The translations under genes were made by a program, and so were the position numbers. A stretch of DNA of 64,000 bases, from assembly GCF_000143415.4 (NCBI RefSeq), contig NW_003314312.1:67261-131260 (forward strand), read 5' to 3'. The stretch is from Selaginella moellendorffii (taxonomy: Eukaryota > Plantae > Lycopodiophyta). Shown here in pieces: positions 12,143 through 23,208 of this stretch. Within the stretch, counting starts at the first letter, position 1; each line of letters starts with the position of its first letter. The notes below the pieces were generated by a model, which did no database searches, was not told the origin of the DNA, and saw only the letters and a list, made by a program, of their open reading frames with translations.

Positions 12143-12255
12143 TCTCTCCGCTGCCAAAAACCCTAATTCTCAAAGCCCAAATCCTAGAAGTCGCGGGTTC
12201 GATTCCTGGTCCAAGAGGCTAAGAACCCTAAAAACAGGGATCTTATCAAAATTCC
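12143..12255. promoter_or_regulatory. 113-bp bidirectional promoter between ESF1 and RPL10 with telo-boxes
   Basis: AAACCCTAA at 12158-12166 and AACCCTAA at 12224-12231 between divergent start codons. Confidence 0.7.
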
Positions 12256-12942
12256 ATGGCGATGGCTACTCTCGCGGCATCGATCGCCAATGCTGGTACC
12301 CTTGGCGCCTCCGCCTCGGAGATATGGAGCCCCTGCTGCTCGCGGAAGCGGATCCAGGCGGCGCCAATGCGGCGGGGATCGCTGCTGCGCGTGGAGATGG
12401 CGATCAGCCGCAGGAAGAAGGAGGAGACGGTCGAGAAGGTAAAGCAGCAGCTAGAGACGAGCTACCTGGTGGCCGGAGTGAAATACAAGGGCCTCACGGT
12501 CCAGCAGATGCAAAATCTCCGGAGGAGCCTCCCGGAATCGACCAAGCTCATCGTCGCCAAGAACACTCTGGTGGGCAAGGCGATCGAAGGGACAAAGTGG
12601 GAGGCTCTCAAGCCTTGCCTCAAAGGCATGAATGCGTGGCTCTTCGTCCACACGGAGGAGATCCCGTCGGCCTTGAAGCCATACCGCGCGTTCCAAAAGG
12701 AGCTCAAGCTGGAAGACAATGATTTCACTGGAGCGGTGTTTGAAGGGAAGTTCTACGCGCCCGAGGAGTTCAAGCAGCTGGAGACGATGCCCACTCGAGC
12801 GGATGTTTATGCGAAGTTGCTGGGCGTTCTCAAATCGCCATCTTCCAAAGTTGTGGGAGTTCTCCAAGCTCCGGCCAGGAAGCTACTGCTCACGCTCAAG
12901 GCCTATGTCCAAAAGCTAGAAGAGGAAGAATCAAAGTCGTGA
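12256..12942 (+). CDS. RPL10: Plastid 50S ribosomal protein L10, intronless, with transit peptide
   Basis: AISRRKKEETVEKVK, YKGLTVQQMQNLRR, VAKNTLV.KA, GMNAWLFVH; Ala/Ser-rich N-terminal extension. Confidence 0.95.
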   Translation: MAMATLAASIANAGTLGASASEIWSPCCSRKRIQAAPMRRGSLLRVEMAISRRKKEETVEKVKQQLETSYLVAGVKYKGLTVQQMQNLRRSLPESTKLIVAKNTLVGKAIEGTKWEALKPCLKGMNAWLFVHTEEIPSALKPYRAFQKELKLEDNDFTGAVFEGKFYAPEEFKQLETMPTRADVYAKLLGVLKSPSSKVVGVLQAPARKLLLTLKAYVQKLEEEESKS

Positions 12943-13113
12943 GTCCTCAAGAGAGAAACCATCTATGGCTTTGTTATTCACCTCCTCTGGAAGCTTAGTG
13001 CTTTGGATTTTGATGATAAAAATGTCTAATGCAAATTCTTTGTTGTCATAGGCTTCACTTCAAGTTTTAAACTTATAAGTTTTATAATAATAAATTTAAA
13101 TGAATATATTTAA

Positions 13114-16100
13114 CTAGCATTTGCCCAGGATTAGCAAATACTATTTTGAATATTATAGTTATAATACAAGTTTTTCAAGGCCATTTTATTTGTTCATTAG
13201 ATTTATATTAAGAATTTCTTTTAGTGCATAGAGGATTTAATATAAAACCTCCTTATCAACTGTGTTGATGGTGAAAGTAAAAAGACTCAAAGGGAATAAA
13301 TGTCCTTGGAGTGATGTGTTCTATACTTTAATGTTTATTCCTGCTGATGATGAACATTTTAATAAAGCCATATAAAGTTGGCCATGGGTGAAAATTAGAT
13401 GTGGCAAATGTTTGACCTTGACACTTGGAGATTGTAAGGCAATATCCTAAATGTATTGGAAATTGTCGTTTGGACATTTTAAATGGAATTTCTATATCTG
13501 AAGGTGTGAGTGTGATTTGAGCGATGAAAGCTTATGTACCTTTGAATTGGCATAATACAATTTCACAGTCTAGAACTGTTTGGTAAAGCATGTTTAAGTA
13601 TGAAGCATGTACCATTACATAGTCCATTCTTTAATAGAATAGAGATAACACCTTCTTTAAGCAAGAGTTTATATGGTGGAAGACTAGAAAGAGTAATAGA
13701 ATTTAGGAATTCAATTGAAAAATCTTCTAGGTGTTCAATATCAATAAAGTCAACACTTTCAATAAATATATCTATCACAAGGTAAGAAAAAAACTATATC
13801 ATTATTAATGGGAAAAGTATCATCATTAAGTGGGGTAAATATAACTCTATTAGATGCAATGTAAAGGTCTAAAATATTTTGTAGAGATGGGAAAACAAAA
13901 TTAATAACAAAAGACATTTTACCTATGTATATGGTAATATAATAGATTCTAAAGGCAAATTTGGTAAATTCATATAATTATTACTATTTCTAATTTGAAG
14001 AAGTCAATCAGCCCATAAATAGTTGTTTTCAATTAGTCTCATATTACTTTTTAGTGGAAGTGTTCTAAAAAATTTCCATAACTTATTTATTTTACTAAAT
14101 TTGAAATAATTTGTGCTCAATGATCATGTGGAATAACTAGTAATGTTTGTCTAAAGTCATGAATGCTAAATTAATGGCAAAAAATGCATATGTGTGAACC
14201 ATACTAATTTCATCCCATATTAATATATGTGCATTCTTAATTTTCTAGCTTACTTCACTATTAGTTGTAATAGCTAAAATAGAAGTTTTATTTATTGGAG
14301 CAGGAATTTTAAAAGTTATATGCGATGTCCAACTATTATGCAATAGAGTGCTTGCAATACTTGTCTAGGCCATACTAATTACATTTTTGTTTAGAAGTTC
14401 AAACGTATATATAAATTTTAAGGAGAAAAGTTTTACTAGTACCATTGAAATTATTGATGAAAATATATCAATTTTGTTTGGTTGGGTTGTTAATCATGCT
14501 GAAGATATCATTATATATAATTTGTTGTTCATTATTAAACTGAAGTAAATTTTGTTCTATAAAATGAATGAACTATGTCAAATTAATATGATTATTTGTA
14601 TCAAAATTTATATAAGATAAGGCAATTCATAGTCTTGATTGGATTTTCTATATAGATTGAATTTGCTATTTATATTATGTAAAGCATGCTCATAACAAAG
14701 TAATGATCTGTTAGCACAAAATCTTTAGAAAAAATTTTTTTGAATTTTTTCGATAAGGAATAAGGATTTTTTGGACTACAAAAGATACATAAAAAAAAAC
14801 AAATAGTTATCTTAATTATGGTGGCATTTTGAAAGAGCAAGCATCTTCTAAACATTTTTTCCATTTTGTATCATTTGCTAGAAGTCCTATAGCAGATGTA
14901 GTAAGTTGAAATATTTCAAAATAAATATTATGAACTGTTTTTATATAGTTAAAAAAAGTAGCCCTTTTTGTGTAACATAAATGATAAAATTTAGTATTAT
15001 ATAGGGAAACAGAATACATTCATGAGATAATATTTTGTTGATATCTAATCTACCAATGATGGGTGTGTTTATTATATATATAATGTAAAGGAATTTTAGG
15101 ATACATATATTGCCTTGCATTTGGATCATGTGTATTTAATTCAAACCATTTTGTTAACATAATACCATTTTGAGTAGCTCTTTGAAGTTCAATTAGCTCA
15201 TTATCTTTGATGAAATAGATATTATAAAATTTTTCTAGATGAATAAGAAGATGGATTATTGTTGTTGAGTGGCCATGCATTTTAAATTGAAAAAATCTCT
15301 ATATAAGTTTTGGAGCAGAAATATAATGGGTATTTAAAAAACTTGAAATTTTATCCCAATTTAACCTATTATCATATTGTTGAGTTGTTGAATAGATTTC
15401 AATAGTCTTTGTAAATATATTGAAATAGATATTTAATACCTTTTATAGCTTCATATTTTTTATAAAGGTACTTGTTATAAGGTATAACCCAATGATTATC
15501 CATATGACAACCATTTAAAAATTGTACGTCCGTTGTTTGGTCTATAATAATCTAGATATCCATTAATAGAAAATGTTGTTTCATAATTTTTTTTTTTTTG
15601 GAAAACCTACCATTTTCTATACAAAGACTATTAGGATAAAAAAGTCCATATGGTCTATACATCATATGTGATATAACTATTTCAAAGAGTTCAAGCTCGT
15701 CATAATGATCCAGTAATTTAGCCATAATATATTGATTAATTACATCATGGTCTCTAATTTTGTTTTTATGGGCTAGAATTCCTAGAAAATGACAATGTAG
15801 GAGACTTCTTTTTTGGAACTCAATTACATATATATATGCTATACATTTTCTAGATACATGTCTTTTTGTTATATCTTTAAAAAATTCTTTAAGTTTAATA
15901 TAAACAAAATCAGGAGGGTCTTATTTGGATGTAAGTTTTCTATAATTCCTAGGGTTGCAAGTGAAAGTAATGAAAATATCTAGTTTTAAGTAATGAACAA
16001 TAATTGTTATTGCATCTTGATAATTTTGTTGCATTGCTCTAGGGCAATTACCAAAACTTGAAGGTAGTATAACAATTTTACCAGGGTTCATATTTTCATT

Positions 16101-16200
16101 TGAAGCATGATTTGCAATATAATCTATAAAATCAGTATACATTTCTACTCGTAATTGCTTTTGGTGGGTACAATAGTAATATCAGTTAATACTCTCAATT
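13114..16200 (-). mobile_element. Degenerate Helitron, 3' part (Rep HUH region plus PIF1 helicase), with a candidate 3' terminus at 13114
   Basis: KIVILPSSF..CPRAMQQNYQDA....DIFITFTCNP (Rep) and LNSITLSSLPPYKLLLKEG...GLCNGT (PIF1), with many stops. Minus-strand end ATTTGC-N9-GCAAAT-G-CTAG|T matches the Helitron hairpin+CTAG pattern. Confidence 0.85.
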
Positions 16201-17379
16201 GAAATCCATGGTAGTCTTGCAAAGCAATGCCTTGCCATGAATGTGCAAGAGGAGCTGGACATCACTGTCTGTGATCCCTGCATTCTCTACGGCTGCCATG
16301 GAGAAGCCATAGCCTCGACAAAGAGCATACCTTAACACATGCTTGGAGAGGTCACCATGCTTCATAGAAGAACTAGTGCTTCCTCTTTATTTTAGGGTTC
16401 TTGAGGATGGGTGAGGTAAGACACTGGCAATACAGTTTGACGACGCAAGCACCACCGTGGGGTTTTCGCAAATCTCTTCTCCATCTTCATATGCTTCAGT
16501 CTCGTTGCTGGATTGAGTGACAAGATTGACAACTGCTGTGAGGAAGGCATTGTTTTGGATCAAGACAAGGGTTTGGCATCATCTTTCGGTAGAGAGCCGC
16601 ACAATCTTGATCATGATGAGCAGCAGCAGCAGATTATCCTTCCATCGATGTCACAGTTGTCGTTGCTCATCTCACAAAAGCTCCAATCCGTGCTACATTC
16701 CGCACTACCTACAGTAGCTTGGCTTCTCCTCTAAAGGTAATGTGGTCAATCCATTGCTACTGCTCACGATTTCCATGCCTTGGATCAGCTCAGCACTTGG
16801 AGAGATGGAATTTCATTGCTTACACTGTACTGCAAGAGCTCCACTGTGATTGGCCACTGCTTATTGGTAAGAAGAGAATCATTTAATTTTCATAGCCAAG
16901 CTTTCTTACTGTCACTCTATGGCAGCACTGGAGATTCTTGAGCTATGTGACTGATCTAACATTGCTACCACTGTAGCTAGGGCAGCAACAAATCTCGATG
17001 CCTCGTGATGCTATAGAAATCCCGATTGACCAAGAGGGCTAGATCCAATATGTATTTGGCACATCATAATTTTTTTGCAAGCTATAGTTTTCTAGCTTTG
17101 TACTTGAAACTTTCAAATTGTGCCTCACCTTCATCATCTTCTTAGAACTATAAGAAATACCAATCATTTTGATAAAAATTTCCATACTAACAATTTTGAT
17201 AAACACCTTGAGCTACTTTAAATTACTTTAGATCAAAATGAAATATATACACATCAAACAATATCCATTACACCATCTCCACCTTCACAAACCATACTAG
17301 CAAGTCATGCTATTTACAAAGATTCACAAATTTCAACTTTTGAAATTGGTTTTTTATCATTTACTTGTGTTTTTTGTAA

Positions 17380-18258
17380 TGCATCACATTTTAAAGATGA
17401 GAACATTACTATGTGTTGTTAACATGGTTAAGTGATATTGCCATCTATATTACCTTTGCCAAATACTTTACTTATGCTTTACAAGCAAAACAAAAACTCT
17501 AATTTCAGAATTAATATTAGACACTATAATAGTGCCCTTGCATTTGCATCAATGGCTGCTAACATTGACACTTTAAGGGGTAATAATGCTTATTGCTTTA
17601 GAATTCATTGACAAATTTACCATAGTGTCATGTTATCACATTCTTTTGGTGATCAAAGTCCATCTTATAGGCAACTTTATATGCTAGATACATAAGAAGC
17701 CACAGATAAAAGGCATCAAAACCCATTTAATACAAGTTGCGAGTGAAATTTATTATTACATCTTGATACACTCTTTCATCATATTAATCCATATACACAA
17801 GCTTATAGAATGATGTATGAAATGAAATAAAAAGAACTTCATGAAGTAGCTGTTACAAGCCATCTTTTACGTGGCATTTATATGTTACTAAAGAATGAAG
17901 GAATCAATCATCAACACTATAATATACCATAAACAAATGATGTTACTATTGTTTTTGTTAGTGAGAATGGAGAACCCCCACATGGATATGAAATTTGTAT
18001 ATATCCTATGGCAAATATTTTAGAAAAATTTCAACACTTGATATTTATTGTAATCTTATGGTTTATCCTTTGATATTTCCTTTTGGTGATAAAGAATGGC
18101 ATACAAATATTTTGAAATACACAATGATATCAAACTACATTACTTCTATATTATACATATTGCTTATTTAAAAGAGACACACTACAATTAGGTTTTGACC
18201 AAATCTTACATGCTAGCAAGCTTACTCAACATTACATTATTGATGCCTATGTCAAGGT
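17380..18258 (+). mobile_element. Degenerate Helitron, 5' part of the RepHel ORF, on the opposite strand to the 3' part
   Basis: Plus-strand translation gives MCC*HG*VILP, NFRINIRHYNSALAFASM...YCFRIH*QIYH, MVYPLIFPFGDKEWH and ILHASKLTQHYIIDAYVK, all typical N-terminal RepHel motifs. Confidence 0.8.
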
Positions 18259-20747
18259 TCCCCCTCTAGTCGCCAAGAGATCTCTGGCAACAAAGGTTTC
18301 CTTGCAATATGTGCTAGATTTTTGAGAGGATCAAGCACTCCAGCAGCAACAATAGCATGCGCATAGGTGAAGGGAAAATCTGAGGAGTCAAAAGGAATGG
18401 ATTTGGCTATTCTTTTGGGAAGTTTCAAGCTGAAGTCAATTTGTCTACTCAAGAAATCAATTGAAACCTTGGGCAAGGAGATGAGGAAGTAATAGGAGCT
18501 CATCACATATTGCAGCTCCAAGCTTATTCCACTTCCATATTTGCTATTGGCACCAGGCTGAGGTACTGCTTACAAAGCACTCAGTTCAAGCAATAGTGAT
18601 GATAATAGTGATGACGAAGAAATGAGCGACAAAGCTCCCAATCTTGAGGTCAGCAATTTGTAGGTGAGATAAATGTTTGTTCTTTGGCCTGGTCAGCATG
18701 ATAGCACATGGGGGATCTTATACTTTCACCGAGTTTGGGACTTTACCAAAAGCAGCTATGCTTTTCTGGGGTTACAAACCAAGCAACCCTCCAAGTTGTT
18801 TCTCACGGGATGGAAGGATTAACTTTGGATTGGAGTTCAGCACACCATAGAAAGCTCGTATCGTGCTTTGAACTGATTGATCGAACTTTTTTTTGCTAAG
18901 CCTTGCTTTTCTTTCATCTAAACAACTGAATCATCTTTCTTTGTTGCTTTTACATAAACTTGATGATCAATGGTGTCCGAAGGTGGATTCCTTTGAGCTT
19001 GTAGTTTGCTCTTTTGATGGAACGGTCAATCTATGTGAGTTTCTGCTAGTACTTTTAAACCAGTGGTGAAAGTCCATGACACGGATGCTAATGTGATCTC
19101 TTGGAATAGGCATGTGGTTCTCAAGAACAAAAACTTCACTGTCAAGTTCCCCAAATTCCCAATTTCAAACAGCAACTCACCATTGGTGGTGATGATGGCA
19201 TCATCCATGTTTGGCATTTAGACTCTCTCTTGTGCTAAAATTCTATACTTCCTCGATATCTAAATTTTGCAAGATTGTCATCTTATTTACAGTACTATTT
19301 ACCATTCTGTAGCAATAACTTCCTGGTCTTCTCATGAAAGTTCCATATTGGTAGCAACATCGGTTGACCACCAGTTTTTGTAGCGTTTGTCTCTCTTTTC
19401 TTGGTTTAGCTTACATTCTACCATTGTTATGAGCAGCGTGTGGGATTTGGAAGCTTTCCCAAAAGTTTTTAGATCAATTTTTTAATATTCCAAAAAGAGG
19501 TAAATCTATCTTTTTTCTTCAAGGACAAAGAAACTTAAAAGTTCCACGAAATATACTATTTGATATTTTCTCTTTACCTTTTGCTCTTTCCCAAGATTTT
19601 TTTATTTTTTGGTCTGAACTACCTTCTAGTATTTCTTCTTCATCTGCAGTGTTTCCTTTTTATAGCATGTCAATCATTTATAACTCTCATGATTCTCATT
19701 CTCAGTCTGATGTTAAGTTGAGTGTTTTATGTCCTCCTTATACTAATCTGGATATTGAGTATGTGTATGAAGTTGAGAATTTTATTTTTATTTCATTAAC
19801 AAAGTCTTTAATGAGTTCTAGTATTAAGTATTTCTTGTTCTAATGGTTGAGTTACTTTGGCCAGAGTTTTGGGTTGAGTGTATATCCCCATTTGTTAGTG
19901 CTATGAAGAACCTTTGCTTTACTATTGCTGCTGAGGAGTTTATGTATTCCCTTAAGAGTGTGGATGTTATTATTGATTTTCCCATTTTAAATTTTGAATT
20001 GTGTGTTGAAGAAGTTGAGTGGTGTGAATCTTTTGCTTATATTGTGGTGGTCAAAGTGTTTTATGATGGAAAATCCCCTATTTTCTAAACTTTTGAGCAT
20101 ATGTCCTTCTTTTGATTTCCCTATTTTTTCATTGCCAACTGCTACAAATTCCTCTTCCAATGCTTTATTATCCACTTTTTCCTCTTCCACACTATTTCTT
20201 CATTAATTTTTCTCACTTTCTCTTATGTGCCCTGACACTTCAAACATTTTTGGAGGGGGTAGAGGAGATGGATGGGAGCCTAGTTGCAATGGTGGGACGA
20301 GGGAATACAATAGTGAAACAAGGACAAATAACATAAATTGTGGAGTGAGGATGAGTATAGCAAGTCCAAATGGAACATCTAACTTTGATGTATTGAGGCT
20401 AAACGAATGTGATAGTGGAGTGAAACTAAATATAAATGGCAAAGTGAAGACAAGTGTAGTGAGTTCAAACAAACTTAATGCTTCATAACTTTTTTCTTTC
20501 AACAAAGGGATAAAGAGGATGTGGAGGACAAATGGAGTGAGTCTAATCTCCCATATACAATGCTATACAAAGACAAAAGGGCAAATTTTACTTATGGTCA
20601 TGAATTCAAGTTAACAGTGGTTTTGAAGGATTATTGGCAGGTAGATTTAAACGTTATGATGTATCATTTGTTGCAATGGCATTTCATGGATTATAGTGGT
20701 TCTTGAAATCCCTTGCTTTGGTTCAACCATCTGAAGATAAAAATAGA

Positions 20748-22590
20748 AAATAAGTGCAGTTTATTTTAATAATCTTCCAAGTTATTTATTGATTTTTATA
20801 ATTTTAAATTACGTTTAAAATATGCTTGGATTCTGATATACTTTTTCAAATAATTTCCAAGTACAAGATGGAGCTTGAACCCAAGTTTAGTCATGTAAAG
20901 TGTTCTTTATAAATGTAAAAAAACTTATAAATTTTGTAGTTATTACATTTCTCTCATACTTTAGTCTATCAAACACAACATTTATTTATAAAATTAGATA
21001 AATTAAAACCAACTCACTTATTGTTAATTTATCTAAGAATAAAACTTGATTTAATTATAAATATTAATTTATTTTCTCTAGAAAAAGATAAATGTATTAG
21101 TGTCTATCATAATATAAATTTTGCTAGTTAAATTTAATATTTTTTCTTAAATACAAAATATCTCAACTTTTACTTATAAGCATGATTTGTCTTTATCTTT
21201 TTGAAAGTAATATTGTTTTTATGACTATAAAATTAAAATAACTGTTCAAATAATAAAAACATCCATGCATAAGTATACTATACATAATAAATTTCAAATA
21301 TTTTTATATTAATAAAAGTAATAGTCATAATATTATAAAATAATTAATTTTTGTAATATTTATTTTTAAAAGTAATAAAATAAAATTTTATTTATTTGTA
21401 AAAAACATATTTATAAAAATTTAATTTATTATATTTATAATATTCTTTATCCAATTCAAGTTTAGTTTTTATTGATTTTTGGATTAATAAAAAAGACAAG
21501 CTAAACAATGTAATTCATATGGAGCCATAAAATAATTATATTAAAATTTGTATTTATTTTTTGAAATTATAATTTGTTCTTCGCCGAAATTCCTAGTATC
21601 ACTAATAGTTGGAGTGAAAATAAGAACAATTTAAAATGTATATCCTTTGTTGGTTGGCCACAAAAACATAATATGGCAGTAAATAGTGCTTTTGCTATGA
21701 CTTTAGTTGATTGTGAATTGTTATCATAATATATGTTAACTTATAAAACAAATAAACTTAAAATCATATTAAAACTCAATAGTGAAATAAATTTAAATAA
21801 TCATATAATTTAATAATATATGAATAAGCCCTTGATAATTACATAACTAAAGACAAAAGCACATAATAAGTGTAGTTTATTTTAATAGTCTTTCAAGTTA
21901 TTTATTGATTTTTATAGTTTTAATCTACTTTTAAATTATACTTGGATTTTAGTATACTTTTTCAAAAAAATTCCAAGTAAAAGATGGAGCCTAAATCCAA
22001 GTTTATTCATATAAAGTGTTTTTTAAAAAATTTAAAAAACTTATAAAGTTTGTAGTTATTATATTTCTTTCATAATTTTATCTATCAAACCTACAATTTA
22101 TTTATAAAATTAGATAAATGAAAACCAACTCACTGAGTTTTTATTTCATTTAAGAATAAAACTTGATTTAATGCTAAAATTAATTTTTTTTCCTAGAAAA
22201 ACATAAATATATTAGTGTCTATAAATTCATATCACAATATAAATTTTTTAGTGAAATTTTTTATTTTTTCTTAAATACTAAATATCCCAAGTTTTACTCA
22301 TAGCCATGATTTATCTTTATCTTTTTTAAAGTAATATTGTGTTTGCAACTCTAAAATTAATAAAATATTCAAATAATCAAAACACCCATTCATAAGTACA
22401 CCATATATAATAAATTTAAAATAGTTTTATATTAATAGTAGTAATAGTTATAATAAAATAAAATAGTTAAACTTTATTTATAATATTTAATTTTCTAAAT
22501 TATTAAATTAATATTTTTTAAAAAACACATTTTTAATAATGAAAATTTTTATATTTATAATATAGTTTTTTCAATTTCAGTTTAATTTGT
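20748..22590. repeat. Two diverged AT-rich direct repeats (~720 bp each; ~20748-21470 and ~21864-22590)
   Basis: Collinear matches such as taagtg(c/t)agtttattttaata.tctt.caagttatttattgatttttata, aagatggagc.t.aa.ccaagttta and tttataaaattagataaat.aaaaccaactcact. Confidence 0.85.
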
Positions 22591-23208
22591 TTAGTTTGTA
22601 AATTTGGTATGAATATGAGATCTTAAATTACTATAAATTAATATTTTATAGAGTTGCAATAAATATCATCTTAAAATTTTAGTGTTGTGTTACAGGTCAA
22701 TCATCACCCTTTCAACCAGCCATTGCATGTGGCTCTTGTTCTTCAGCTGATCCTCCAGGACATTTGACAATGCATTGCAGAACACCATTCTGATTCACTG
22801 AGCAGTGAATACAAGTCCCTTGGATAACTCGATACAGGATGATAAACGCCAGCTCCATCCCGTATAACAAGGCGCAAATCGCTCCATATTGCTTGACGTT
22901 TGCCACACCAGTGCACAGGAACTGTGACTGCTCACATCCTGACAATAGAAGATGTTCATCTTCAAGTTTGCGATCATATCGCCACCCCGAAACATTGAAA
23001 CTGCCATCTGCTGTTGGTCTTTTACAATAGCCTCCATACACTCTGCAATCGAGGACATGAGAAGAGGCAGTATAGTATAGCAGGTCTTTTTGGCCCACAG
23101 ATTGAAATTCTTGGCTTGAAGAAACTCATCCATTTCTTGGTGCTGAAAAAGCCAGCCGGATCCACACCTATTTCCGTTGGTATCAAAATACATTTAGGGT
23201 TCTACCTA

